Origin: Vicinamibacterales bacterium
GTDB taxonomy: Bacteria > Acidobacteriota > Vicinamibacteria > Vicinamibacterales > UBA8438
NCBI GenBank assembly: GCA_965261285.1
Contig: OZ253457.1
Span: 605,221-669,220 of the forward strand
Reading direction: 5' to 3'
Length of the DNA: 64,000 nucleotides
Within the stretch, counting starts at the first letter, position 1. Each line of letters starts with the position of its first letter. The notes below the pieces were generated by a model. That model saw only the letters and a list, made by a program, of their open reading frames with translations, made no database searches and was not told the origin of the DNA. Below are positions 29,734 to 39,992 of this stretch, piece by piece. Position numbers and translations under genes: made by a program.

Positions 29734-31088
29734 TCATCACTGGCAAGGCGCTGTCGCGCCGCACGGTGTTGCGCGGTATCGGCGCCGGCGTCGCCCTGCC
29801 GCTGCTCGACGCGATGGTGCCGGCCCACGCGGCGCTGCGGACCGCCGCGGCGCGGCCGACGCCCCGTTTCGCCGTCGTCTACGTGCCCATGGGCGCGGTG
29901 ATGGAGAACTGGACGCCGGCCACGGAGGGCGCCGGGTTCGCGCCGTCGCGCATCCTCGGCCCGCTCGCGGCGATGCGCGACGAGCTGATCGTGGTGTCGG
30001 GTCTCGACAACCAGCCGGCCGTCGCCCTGCCGGGAGAGCCGGCCGGCGGGCACGGCCGCATCGGCGGCGCGTTCCTCACCGGCGTCCACGCGAAGCCGAC
30101 CGAAGGGGTCGACTTCCGGGCGGGGGTGTCCATCGACCAGATCGCCGGCGACGAGCTCGGCCGCGAGACCCAGCTCAGGACGCTCGAGGTGGGGCTCGAG
30201 ACCACCGAGCTCGCCGGCGCGTGCGATGTCGGCTACAGTTGCGCCTACGTCAACACCCTGTGCTGGCGCACCCCCACCTCGCCGCTGCCGATGGAGAGCA
30301 ACCCGCGCGCCGTGTTCGAGTGGCTCTTCGGCGACAGCGAGAGCACCGACCCCGCGGCGAGGGCGGCCCGGCGGCGTCGCGACAGCAGCCTCCTCGACTC
30401 GGTCCGGGAGAGCGTGGCCGATCAGCGCCGCGATCTCGGTCCGCGGGACCGGGCCCGCCTCGACCAGTATCTCGAGGCGATCCGCGACGTCGAGGCGCGC
30501 ATCCAGAAGGCGGAGGCGCAGGGCGACCGCGAGCTGCCGGTGTTCGAGCGCCCCGCCGGCGGCGCTCCCGAGAGCTTCGAGGCCTACGCGAAGCTGATGA
30601 TCGACCTGCAGGTCCTGGCGTTCGAGTCGGACCTCACCCGCGTCATCACGTTCATGATCGGCAAGGAGTTGAGCAACCGCACGTTCCCCGAGATCGGCGT
30701 GCCCGACCAGCACCACCCCCTCTCGCACCATCAGAACAACCCGGAGAGGCTGGAGAAGCTCACCCGGGTGCAGATGCTCCAGACCGGGCTGCTGGCCTAC
30801 TACCTGGAACGGCTCGCGGCGACCGCCGACGGCGACGGAACGCTCCTGGACCAGGTCACGCTGCTCTACGGCAGCGGCATGAGCGACAGCAACCTGCACA
30901 TCCCGCTCGGTCTGCCGATCCTCGTGGCGGGCGGCGGCGCCGGCACGCTGAAGGGGGGGCGTCACCTCCGGTATCCGGCCGGCACCCCGCTCGCGAACCT
31001 GTACCTGACGCTGCTGAACAAGCTCGGCGTGCCGGTCGAGCGCATCGGCGACAGCACGGGGACGTTCAGGGAGCTGTCGGCGGTGTAG
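29730..31088 (+). CDS. DUF1552 (HXXSHH) protein
   Basis: LSRRTVLRG, SIDQ, HHPLSHH, YGSGMSDSNLH. ATGA overlap with DUF1592. Confidence 0.92.
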   Translation: MIITGKALSRRTVLRGIGAGVALPLLDAMVPAHAALRTAAARPTPRFAVVYVPMGAVMENWTPATEGAGFAPSRILGPLAAMRDELIVVSGLDNQPAVALPGEPAGGHGRIGGAFLTGVHAKPTEGVDFRAGVSIDQIAGDELGRETQLRTLEVGLETTELAGACDVGYSCAYVNTLCWRTPTSPLPMESNPRAVFEWLFGDSESTDPAARAARRRRDSSLLDSVRESVADQRRDLGPRDRARLDQYLEAIRDVEARIQKAEAQGDRELPVFERPAGGAPESFEAYAKLMIDLQVLAFESDLTRVITFMIGKELSNRTFPEIGVPDQHHPLSHHQNNPERLEKLTRVQMLQTGLLAYYLERLAATADGDGTLLDQVTLLYGSGMSDSNLHIPLGLPILVAGGGAGTLKGGRHLRYPAGTPLANLYLTLLNKLGVPVERIGDSTGTFRELSAV

Positions 31089-31503
31089 CTTCCGTGCGCG
31101 GTCTCGGCGCTCGCCGGCGTCTCGGCGAGCGACGCACTCGCGCACCGACCGCCTTGGGCGCCATGACCCGCGGCCCCACGCGGCGGGGCGCAGGACGGCC
31201 CTTGGACGACGCCGTCCCGCGTCGCGTAGTGCGTCGCTGGCATGTCGGCCAGCTTCAGGCCCGGGCTGACCGTCCCGCGCGAACTCGCGTGATCACTCCG
31301 TCTGGCAGGAACCGCGGCACGTCCGGGAACCCCAACGCCGAAAGGTCTGCCCCTGGTTGCCGGGACCATCCTCGTTCCAGGGCTGCACTCCGCGCACACT
31401 GCGTCGGACCTCCGGGCGCCTTGGACGCCTGGACGGGACGCGGTAGGATGGCGGCGAATCGCGGGCCGGGCACCAGATCCGGCGAACGAATGGACGGCCA
31501 ATC

Positions 31504-33675
31504 ATGCTTGAACGCTTCACATCGCGGGCCCTCGTTTCACTCGCGGCCGGCGCCGTTGCACTGCTGACTGCCTCGGTGGCGCCGGCCCAGCGCCTGACGG
31601 GGACCGAGAACGGGGAGTGGCGCTACCTCGGCGGCGACGCCGGCCACACCCGCTCGTCGGCCCTCGACCAGATCGACGGCGACAACTTCTCGGACCTGGA
31701 GGTGGCCTGGATCTGGCGGGGCGACAACTACGGGCCCAACCTCGACTACTTCAACCGCGCCACGCCGATCTACGTCGACGGCGTCGTCTACACGGTCGCC
31801 TCGCCGCGTCGGCAGGTGGTGGCCATCGACCCGGCCACCGGCGAGACGCTGTGGACCTTCCGCGAGCCCGAGACCGTGCGGCACCTGCGCTCGCCCCGGC
31901 AGGCCTACGGCAAGGGGGTCGCCTACGCCGAGGTGAACGGCCGCGGGGTGATCTTCGTCACCAGCCCCGCCTTCTTCCTGTGGGCCCTCGACGCCGAGAC
32001 CGGCCGCCCCCTCGAGAACTGGGGCCGCCAGATCCCCCTCGACGGCTTCCCGCAGTCGGGCGGCCTCGACCTCATCCCGCCCCTCGTCGAGGACTGGGGG
32101 CGCTGGCTCGACCGGGCGGCTAGCTACGACCCGGGCTACGGCATCCCCCGCGAGCTCGGCATGGTCACCGCCTCGGCCCCGCCCATCGTGGTCAACGGCG
32201 TGGTCGTGGTGCTCGTCGGCCACCAGCCGAGCTACGGGCAGACCCGCATCGAGAACGTCCCCGGCGACATCATGGGCGTCGACGCGGCCACCGGCGAGGT
32301 GCTCTGGAAGTTCCACACCATCCCCCGCCCCGGCGAGTTCGGGCACGAGACGTGGCACAACGACGCCTGGCAGTGGTCGGGCGACATGTCGACGTGGGCC
32401 CCGGCCTCGGCCGACCCCGAGCTGGGGCTCGTGTACCTCGTGACCAACGCCTCGACCGTGCAGAGCTACGCGGGCCACCGGCCCGGCGACAACCTGTTCG
32501 GCGGCAGCGTTCTCGCCCTCGACGTCGAGACCGGCGAGCGGCGCTGGCACTTCCAGATCCACCGCAGCGACCAGTGGAACTACGACCTGCCGACGCCCCC
32601 GATGCTGATGGACCTGACGGTGGACGGGGAGGAGATTCCGGCCCTCATCCAGAACACCAAGCAGGGCCTCGTCTTCGCCTTCAACCGCGAGACCGGCGAG
32701 CCGATCTGGCCCATCGAGGAGCGCGACGTCATCCAGACCGAGGTCCCCGGCAACTACACGTCGCCACGGCAGGCCTACCCGACCCGGCCCGAGCCCGTCG
32801 ACCCCATCGTGCTGACCGGGCTGACCGAGGAGTTCGTCATCGACTACACGCCGGAGCTCCGGCAGGAGGCGCTCGCCATCCTCGAGCACTACCGGGTCGG
32901 CGGCCTCTACGTCCCCGCGTTGCCCGAGAACCACACCAACGACTTCTACAACAACGTCGGCTGCCTCGGGGGCGGCAACGTCATCCCCCACCCGCCCGTC
33001 GCCGACCCGAGCACCGGGATGATGTTCAACTCGCACCGCCGGAGCTGCAACGCGCCGTCGTTCATGCGGCCCACCGGCGGCATCGACGAGGACAACCCCG
33101 ACTACGCGCGCCCCGGCCCCGGCGGCGCCACCCCCAACTCGACCCCCACCACCGGCACCACCGTCGCCGCGTGGCTGCCCGGCGGCTTCCGCCGGCCCAC
33201 CCCCGAGCAGGAGCCGTTCGTTTCGGTCTCGGGCCTGCCCCGCATCGACGGCCTGCGGCTCTACAAGCCGATGGACAACCAGCTCACCGCCTACCAGATG
33301 AACACCGGCGACAAGGCGTGGTCGCTGCCGGTGGGCGAGACCGCGCAGGTCATCCGCGAGAACCCGCGCCTCGCGGGCGTCGACATCCCGAATGTCGGGG
33401 GCGCCGGCTTCTCGATCCAACTGGTGACCGGCGACCTCCTCGTTCAGACCCGCTCGCTCAGCGAGGGGACGCGCCAGATCGTGCCCGACGCGCCTCTGCT
33501 TCTCCACGGCCGCGACAAGTACACTGGCGAGATCCTCGGCAGCGTCGAGCTCCCCGCTCCCGGCCAGTACGGCATGATGACCTACCTGCACGAGGGGAAG
33601 CAGTACATCGTCGTGCAGATCGGCAGCATCCAGACCGGGTTCCCGGGCTCGCTGGTGGCATACGCGCTGCCGTAG
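31504..33675 (+). CDS. PQQ-binding beta-propeller protein, paralog of 5564-7597
   Basis: EWRYLGGDAGHTR, FHTIPRPGEFGHETW, QYGMMTYLHEGKQYIVVQ. Confidence 0.9.
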   Translation: MLERFTSRALVSLAAGAVALLTASVAPAQRLTGTENGEWRYLGGDAGHTRSSALDQIDGDNFSDLEVAWIWRGDNYGPNLDYFNRATPIYVDGVVYTVASPRRQVVAIDPATGETLWTFREPETVRHLRSPRQAYGKGVAYAEVNGRGVIFVTSPAFFLWALDAETGRPLENWGRQIPLDGFPQSGGLDLIPPLVEDWGRWLDRAASYDPGYGIPRELGMVTASAPPIVVNGVVVVLVGHQPSYGQTRIENVPGDIMGVDAATGEVLWKFHTIPRPGEFGHETWHNDAWQWSGDMSTWAPASADPELGLVYLVTNASTVQSYAGHRPGDNLFGGSVLALDVETGERRWHFQIHRSDQWNYDLPTPPMLMDLTVDGEEIPALIQNTKQGLVFAFNRETGEPIWPIEERDVIQTEVPGNYTSPRQAYPTRPEPVDPIVLTGLTEEFVIDYTPELRQEALAILEHYRVGGLYVPALPENHTNDFYNNVGCLGGGNVIPHPPVADPSTGMMFNSHRRSCNAPSFMRPTGGIDEDNPDYARPGPGGATPNSTPTTGTTVAAWLPGGFRRPTPEQEPFVSVSGLPRIDGLRLYKPMDNQLTAYQMNTGDKAWSLPVGETAQVIRENPRLAGVDIPNVGGAGFSIQLVTGDLLVQTRSLSEGTRQIVPDAPLLLHGRDKYTGEILGSVELPAPGQYGMMTYLHEGKQYIVVQIGSIQTGFPGSLVAYALP

Positions 33676-34037
33676 GAGTCCAGCGCATCGATGGAGGCGC
33701 GCGGGGTAGCTGCGGAAACTGGGAGAAGGGTGGCGGAGGCGTTGGTCTCATCCGCGGAGGCAGCCGGTCTGTTGGGGGCGAGCGCCTTCGACCCAGACGC
33801 GCGCACCCAGCTCCTTGCGGGCCAGCGTTGAGTTGGCGGCGACCCTCGGCGTGCTCGATACCCTGATTCTCCGTTCGACCGGAGATCTCGACGACTTCAC
33901 GGGGGTAGTGAGCGTGGATCTCGCGCTCGCCGGCCTGCGTCGTGCGCGTGTTGGACGGCGATCGGAGCCGGCGGCCGATCCTGGGCTGCCAGTGTCGCCA
34001 GCAGAAACGGAATGTCGAATGCAGGAGCACTCCTACT

Positions 34038-35180
34038 GTGGCGGAACGAATCTACGTCATGAAAGACGCGGGAAGTCTGGAACCCCTCACCGAGAAGCCG
34101 TTCGACACCGAGGACATCCTGCAAGCGTTGATCGCCGACCATCCCGAGTTGCTGGACGGGGAGCAGATTCGCCCCGGCGACCCGCGGCGTTGGTTGCTGG
34201 TCACCCGGGAGAAAGGAATCGCTGACGCTCCGGACTCCGCCAACAGGTGGTCGGTCGACCATCTGTTGCTCGACCAGGACGCCGTGCCGACGTTTGTGGA
34301 AGTGAAGCGCAGCTCCAACAGCGAAATACGCCGGTCCGTGGTGGGCCAGATGCTGGACTACGCCGCCCACGCCACCAAGACGATGGGCATGGCTGCGGTA
34401 CGGCGGGACTTCGAGGCTGGTCGCGGCGCAAGTGCTGATGACGTCCTGCTCGATTTTCTCAAGCCGGGCGCCGACGGCGACCCGGTTGCCATGGTCGGGG
34501 CGTTCTGGGAGCGTCTTGCGACGAACCTCGCGGCGAAACGCGTCCGGCTCCTGTTCGTAGCCGACCGGATTCCTGACGAGTTGGCGCGGGTCGTGGAGTT
34601 CCTGAACGAACAGATGCCCGCCATCGAGGTGCTGGCGGTCGAAATCAAGCAGTTCCAGGGCGGAAACCTGCGTACTCTCGTGCCGCAGGTCATCGGACGC
34701 ACGGCCGCGTCGGATCCGCCGCCCCCGGTCGGGCGCAAGCGTTTGACAATGGAGCAGTTTTTCGACCGATTGCCCGACCAGGCCGCCGTTCAAGCGGCGA
34801 AAGACCTGATTGCCGCCGCCGAGGAACGCGGCGCGATTGTCAACCGCCAGCAGAGCGGGCTGACCATCAGCGTCCAATCCAAGCATCGCAAACCTCCGCT
34901 CACTGTAGCTTGGCTCTTCCCGACCATGAACTCGTACTGGAACCATCTCAAGGGATTCACGATCGGGCAGGTCAACTGGGTCAAACTGCCGGAGGAAGCG
35001 CAGGTCGAGTTCGACGAGCTGTATCGGCAGATGACTCGGGGCGGCTTTGCGGAAAAAGTCGGCAACGACAAGACCGGAGGAGCTCGAGGTTGGGCGGTGG
35101 CCCCCGCGGTGGTCGCGCAGCACATCGACGTGATGAAGGAGCGATTGACGCGAGCCATTGCCATACTTCAGTCCCTATGA
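34038..35180 (+). CDS. NucS/DUF91-like PD-(D/E)xK nuclease-domain protein
   Basis: EDILQALIADHPELL, VDHLLLDQDAVPTFVEVKR, VVGQMLDYAA. Lower GC than backbone. GTG start after AGGAG. Confidence 0.7.
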   Translation: MAERIYVMKDAGSLEPLTEKPFDTEDILQALIADHPELLDGEQIRPGDPRRWLLVTREKGIADAPDSANRWSVDHLLLDQDAVPTFVEVKRSSNSEIRRSVVGQMLDYAAHATKTMGMAAVRRDFEAGRGASADDVLLDFLKPGADGDPVAMVGAFWERLATNLAAKRVRLLFVADRIPDELARVVEFLNEQMPAIEVLAVEIKQFQGGNLRTLVPQVIGRTAASDPPPPVGRKRLTMEQFFDRLPDQAAVQAAKDLIAAAEERGAIVNRQQSGLTISVQSKHRKPPLTVAWLFPTMNSYWNHLKGFTIGQVNWVKLPEEAQVEFDELYRQMTRGGFAEKVGNDKTGGARGWAVAPAVVAQHIDVMKERLTRAIAILQSL

Positions 35181-35291
35181 GCCGTGGGGAACCCATCGTA
35201 ATGGCCGTTCGGCGGACGTCGGACGTTGAGCTTGCTGCCCCGGCGCCGGGAAGGGGCGTTACCAGGGAAGGCGGGCAGCGGAGAGAGACGA

Positions 35292-35804
35292 ATGCCGGAA
35301 GCGGCGGAAAACGACGTGGGCGTGGTCGGCAAGTCCGAATCCGTCGGTCTTGAAGAGTGGGCCAGGGACCAGCAGGAACGCCGCCGCCGGTTCGACGAAG
35401 AGGCCCGGGACTGCAGGCTGAAGCCGCCCGAGGCCTTCGGCGACGAGCCGGCCCCGGCGGAGGCGCTACGGCGGCTGTGTCCCGGCCTCGATCCCGCCCT
35501 GACCGGCCGCAGGAGCCATGCCGTCGAGTGGCGTATCGCCAGGAGTTGCTGCGGCTGGGGGCGGCCGCCGACGACCGGGGAGTTCTACGACGCCTTTCAC
35601 ACGGACGCGCCGGACCGGCGCCAGAAGAGCATCATCTTCATGTGGGGCACGGAAGCCACCTTCACGGAGCTTTTCGAGGCCTGGGCCCAGCGCGCCTACA
35701 CGTTCCGCGACCTCGTGCGCGCGCTGCACTTGGCCGAGTTCCCGTGGCCCGAGCGGATCGCCGAGATCAACCAGTGGGCCGACCCGCGTTACCCTGAGCG
35801 ATAG
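35292..35804 (+). CDS. Hypothetical protein, putative partner/antitoxin of the downstream AbiEii-like toxin
   Basis: Good codon usage. Ends 15 nt before the nucleotidyltransferase. No recognised motif. Confidence 0.6.
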   Translation: MPEAAENDVGVVGKSESVGLEEWARDQQERRRRFDEEARDCRLKPPEAFGDEPAPAEALRRLCPGLDPALTGRRSHAVEWRIARSCCGWGRPPTTGEFYDAFHTDAPDRRQKSIIFMWGTEATFTELFEAWAQRAYTFRDLVRALHLAEFPWPERIAEINQWADPRYPER

Positions 35805-35819
35805 CGACGGAAGGCCGGC

Positions 35820-36740
35820 ATGGAACGACTGACGCTTCCATTGCCCGCGAGGGGCATCTGGCTTAGAGTCAGGAGCCTGCTCGGGCCGGCCCTCGAGCGA
35901 CTCGGACCGGAGGCCGGCCACTGGAAGATCGGCGGCGGGACCGTGCTCGCGGCTCGCTGGCGCCACCGCGAGAGCGTGGATCTCGACCTCACGGTGAACG
36001 CCGCCGCCGCTATTCCCGCTTTGTCGGCCGGACCCGGGAACGACTTCGAGGCGGAGATCGGCCGGCGCGGCGGCTACGCCATCACCTTCGACCGCGATCG
36101 TTGCACGGTTCGGTTCAGCACGGGCAGGCTCGACCTGTGTGCGCTCGACCCCACGCCTCGGGAAGGCCACGCCGACGCACTCGTCGACGGTGAGCCGGCC
36201 GTCGTCCTGAGCAACGCGCAGATCCTCTGCGGGAAGCTCCAGCGCGCCACGCGCAGCCCGGTGCGCGACGTCTTCGACGTCGTGGTCGCCGGCAGGCTCG
36301 ACCCGCACGCTCTGGCGATTGCCGCGAACACCAGGACCGCACGCGATTTGGAGGCGATCGCGGCTGCCTGGAAGACGTCCGACCCTGTCTTCACGTACCA
36401 CGCACCGCTCGACCTCAACGGGGTTGGACCGGAGTTCACGGGCGACCTGACGAGGCTCGGACACGCGGCCGCCGCCGCACTCGCCGGCGCGCGTTATGAA
36501 CGGTTCAGGATGTACACCCGCGGGGACGTCGGCTTCGTAGAGACGAGAACCAGGAACGGGGTCGAGAGGCGGTTCACGGTGGAGCCCGCCCGCATCGACG
36601 AGATCTTCGAGGCCAACGGCCTGAACGACTACCTGCCGCAGACCGGGGTGCGTCCGGTCCACATCCGCGACCGCATGCGTGCCGCGCTTCGGGAAGGCGC
36701 AGAGTTCCGACACGACACCGCATCCGGCACGAGAACGTGA
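35820..36740 (+). CDS. AbiEii/AbiGii-like nucleotidyltransferase toxin
   Basis: WKIGGGTVLAARWRHRESVDLDL, GKLQR....RDVFD. Confidence 0.85.
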   Translation: MERLTLPLPARGIWLRVRSLLGPALERLGPEAGHWKIGGGTVLAARWRHRESVDLDLTVNAAAAIPALSAGPGNDFEAEIGRRGGYAITFDRDRCTVRFSTGRLDLCALDPTPREGHADALVDGEPAVVLSNAQILCGKLQRATRSPVRDVFDVVVAGRLDPHALAIAANTRTARDLEAIAAAWKTSDPVFTYHAPLDLNGVGPEFTGDLTRLGHAAAAALAGARYERFRMYTRGDVGFVETRTRNGVERRFTVEPARIDEIFEANGLNDYLPQTGVRPVHIRDRMRAALREGAEFRHDTASGTRT

Positions 36741-36787
36741 CCCATCGCGGGAGTGGTCCGGGCCGACGACCGGACTTTGGCCCGCTC

Positions 36788-37255
36788 TCAGATTGCGGGC
36801 AGCGCGGCTTGCTCCGGGGCCCGCTCACGCATCGCGCGGTCATCGACAACCAGCACCCGGCCAACGGCGCGCAACGCGCGCTCCACCTGTTCGATGTGCG
36901 ACCGATGCTGCGGATCGACGATTCGGCCGGCAGTCGTCACGCTCACGGCCAAGCGCCGCCCAAGCTCGACCCGGGTGATTCGATTCCGGCGCATCGTGGA
37001 GTACAGCGCCAACTTCCCGGCAACCAGAGCCGGCACGCGGATCAGGACCTCGCCGGGCGTGCGGGCGCCGGGCGGCGGCAGTTCCCGACGGCGTTCCACG
37101 TAGCAGCGGGTCAATGCCGTGACCAACGCGTCGGTGGCAAGCTCGACGGTCTCTCCGTAGTCGCTGTCCCCGGTGAGTGCCTCCGGGACGTCCGGGAAGG
37201 ATGCCACCCAACCGTCTCCATCGGGCTCGATGCGACAGGGGTAGCTGTACTCCAT
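36788..37255 (-). CDS. hicB: HicB family antitoxin (orphan)
   Basis: YPCRIEPDGDGWVASFPDVPEALT, KLALYSTM, C-terminal HTH with SHIEQVERAL. Confidence 0.88.
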   Translation of the reverse strand: MEYSYPCRIEPDGDGWVASFPDVPEALTGDSDYGETVELATDALVTALTRCYVERRRELPPPGARTPGEVLIRVPALVAGKLALYSTMRRNRITRVELGRRLAVSVTTAGRIVDPQHRSHIEQVERALRAVGRVLVVDDRAMRERAPEQAALPAI

Positions 37256-37287
37256 CGGAGTCGTCCTGCGCCGGGCCGACGGCCAGA

Positions 37288-38496
37288 TCAGACGCGCATA
37301 GCCGAGTAGACCGCCATGTGCGCGCTCACGATGAGCCGCATGGCCTCCTGGTTCGGCTCCCGCGACCAAACGCCCCGCTCCGACGTGCCCCCGAGGGCGA
37401 TGCCGTCGTTGCGCGGCTGCATGTGGACGCCGAGGACGCCGGGAGGCGCCCCGTCGGGCGGGCCGCCCTGGATGCCCCAGTCGACGTCCGCCTGGGGGAC
37501 GAGCACCGTGAGCTGGCCCTTCAACGGCATCATCTCGTCGTCGCGGAAGAGGTCGCGCGCGCCCAGTCCGGTGCAGTTGACGACCAGCGGCTCGCTCAGC
37601 GCTGCCAGCTCGCGGGGCTCGGTGAACTTGCGGATCTCGATGCGCCCGCCGAAGGCCATGAAATCGTGGACGAGCGCATCGAGGTAGATGGCCGGCTCGA
37701 TGCGCAGGCGGTTGCTTCGAACCGCGTAGCGGGTGGCGAAGGGGTGCTCCCCGGGCCCCAGCGTGACCTGGCCGGTGCGCAGGTGGGCGGGAAGCAGCGG
37801 CTCTTCGTCCTCGTCGGCATCGTCCCCCGCGTCGTGCGGGGGCGTGTCGCGGAGGCTGTAGCGGTCGATCCACGAGACGCCGAACCCGCGCCCCGCCAAC
37901 TGCTGCAGCTCGCGGTAGGAGATCTCGGCGGCTTCGCGGAACTGGGCGTCCCACGCCGGGGTCCTGAGGTCGCGGTCGATCAGCCCGGACGTGGGGGTGA
38001 ACCCCGCGAGCGACATGTTCGAGGTGGTGTCCGGCGGCACCGACATGGCGTAGATGGTCACCGCGAACCCGCGGCGCTGGAGCTGGCGCGCGGCGGTGAG
38101 GCCCACGGCCCCGCAGCCGACGACGGCGGCCCGGCGGCTGTCGTGGCCGAGGGCCATCTCGGCCGCCATCCGCCCCGTGCCCCAGGAGAGCGACATGCCG
38201 GAGCCGCCGTGGCCGTAGTTGTGGATCACGGTGGTGTCGTCGAGCCGGTCGGCGCGCAGCAGGAAGCCGGAGGGGCGGTGCGGGCGCAGCCCGACGGTGG
38301 TGCGGATGATCCGGTCCCACCCGGCGCGCACGGGCGCGAGCCGCAGGGGCGGCCGTTGCGGCTGGGGCGCCGGCCCCCGCGGGGCCGGCGCCGACCGTGC
38401 CGAGCAGCCGACCAAGCCGGCGCCCACGAGCCCCATGCCGCCCATCTTCAGTAGCGTTCTTCGGTCCACCTTCGCCTCCGGGTTCGTTCGTGCCAT
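37288..38496 (-). CDS. FAD-dependent D-amino acid oxidase-like Tat lipoprotein
   Basis: DRRTLLK + LVGC lipobox. GLRP, HNYGHGGSG.SLSWG, VVGCGAVG, VVNCTGLGA, PLKGQ. Confidence 0.85.
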   Translation of the reverse strand: MARTNPEAKVDRRTLLKMGGMGLVGAGLVGCSARSAPAPRGPAPQPQRPPLRLAPVRAGWDRIIRTTVGLRPHRPSGFLLRADRLDDTTVIHNYGHGGSGMSLSWGTGRMAAEMALGHDSRRAAVVGCGAVGLTAARQLQRRGFAVTIYAMSVPPDTTSNMSLAGFTPTSGLIDRDLRTPAWDAQFREAAEISYRELQQLAGRGFGVSWIDRYSLRDTPPHDAGDDADEDEEPLLPAHLRTGQVTLGPGEHPFATRYAVRSNRLRIEPAIYLDALVHDFMAFGGRIEIRKFTEPRELAALSEPLVVNCTGLGARDLFRDDEMMPLKGQLTVLVPQADVDWGIQGGPPDGAPPGVLGVHMQPRNDGIALGGTSERGVWSREPNQEAMRLIVSAHMAVYSAMRV

Positions 38497-38830
38497 GGCA
38501 CGCGACTTCGCCGATGGCGATCTTGGATCGTCCATCCATGGCGGGCAACTCCAAGGCGCACGTCAAGGTCGTGGTCGGCCGAGGCGAGGCCCGACGTGCA
38601 GGCATGGCGGGACGGTTCACTGAGCGAGTCCTCGGCTCGTGGAGGAGTGCGGCAGGGTGGGAGATTCGGCTCGGGCGGTGCCCAAACAGCCCGTGGAAGA
38701 AGTCCGGCCGCCGATCCGGCCCGTTCAGTCGGCCTGGAGGCAGAAGCAATCAAGTTGCCGGATGGGCGGACCGGGCGCGGTCGGCAACCGATCCGACCGT
38801 CCAACCGTCTTCGTAGATAGAGGAGGACCA

Positions 38831-39478
38831 ATGATGGAACGGCACCATCGAGGCGGCCTCGGGAGCGCCTTCATCGCCGTTTTCGCGCTCGCGGCGCTGA
38901 GCCCCCAGCCTGCCGGGGCCCAGCACTCGGACGCGGCCTCGGCGGCAGTCGCAGGCACGATGACGGATTCGGCGACCGGCCAGCCCGCCGAGGGGCTCGT
39001 GACGCTGATCGTCGGCCACCCCGACAACCTCGTGGAAACGGCGCGAACGCGCGGCGGGATGTTCCAGTTCGGCGATGTGCCGCCGGGGCCCGCCGTCGTC
39101 CTCGCCCGCGCCGACGGGTTCGCGCCGTACTTCGGCGAGCTGACGATCGAGGCGGGCAAGCTCGGCGACGTGCGGATCGACCTGCTGCCGGAGGCGACCA
39201 TGAGCGGTTTCGTCGTCGACGGGAACGGGTGCCCGGTTCCCGACGCGCGCGTGCACGTCGGCTACGGAAGGGCATTGCCGGGCGCCGGGCTCTTCTCGGT
39301 GCTGACCCACGGCCGTACCGTGACACAGTCGGACGGGGCGTTCACGATAGGCGGTCTGGTGCCGGCTACGCGCATCTCGCTCCAGGCCCAGCGGGGCGGG
39401 CGGCTGTCCGACATCGTGACTCTCGCCGTCGAGCCCCGCATGGAGCAGCCCGGGCTCGTCCTGCTGCGCCTGCGCTGA
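38831..39478 (+). CDS. Secreted carboxypeptidase-regulatory-like (beta-sandwich) domain protein
   Basis: AGGAGG RBS, signal peptide, two repeats (G.F.F.DVPPG, SGFVVDGNG.PVPDARV). Confidence 0.75.
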   Translation: MMERHHRGGLGSAFIAVFALAALSPQPAGAQHSDAASAAVAGTMTDSATGQPAEGLVTLIVGHPDNLVETARTRGGMFQFGDVPPGPAVVLARADGFAPYFGELTIEAGKLGDVRIDLLPEATMSGFVVDGNGCPVPDARVHVGYGRALPGAGLFSVLTHGRTVTQSDGAFTIGGLVPATRISLQAQRGGRLSDIVTLAVEPRMEQPGLVLLRLR

Positions 39479-39992
39479 GGCCGGGCAGTCGTCTCTCGTC
39501 TTCTCGGGCCGCGCCCCGCACCATCGGCGCTCGGCCTCGCTCACCGACTGCGGCACGGGCCGGCACGGCGCCGCACCCCGGGCCCCGCACGACGACATCG
39601 GACGGCGTCTCGAAGAAATCTCGCTCGCCATCGACTTCCCGCCCCCAATCGGTGCGGTCAACCTGAGTACCGACCCCGTCTGCTTTCCGGCTCGATACGC
39701 GCGGGCTCGGGACGCTCCACGATCCGACCGCGGAGAGGCGCGATGGCCCGGAACACGGCGTCGGCCTGCCGCCAGAGGCGCATTTCCGCCATCGACAGCG
39801 TGCTTCGCGCAGAGTCGGCAGCAGCCTCCGGCCGGCGTGGTCGTCGCGTTCCCGTCCAGATGGCGCCTTGGGGCTGCGGCAGAAGGTTGGGAGGCGGCGA
39901 ACTCTGTGGTTGAATTGGAGCGCGCCATGAGGGGAGCGGCCGGCGGGGCGTCCGATCGCCCCGCGACCGGAGACCGTAGAGAGGAGGGCGTC

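Noticed and set aside
33690-33960. Possible frameshifted gene remnant before the NucS-like gene
   Set aside because: Short ORF pieces with no recognisable family.
38686-38706. CAGCCCGTGGAAGAAGTC resembling an IS or MITE end
   Set aside because: Single copy, with no matching opposite end or target duplication found in the window.
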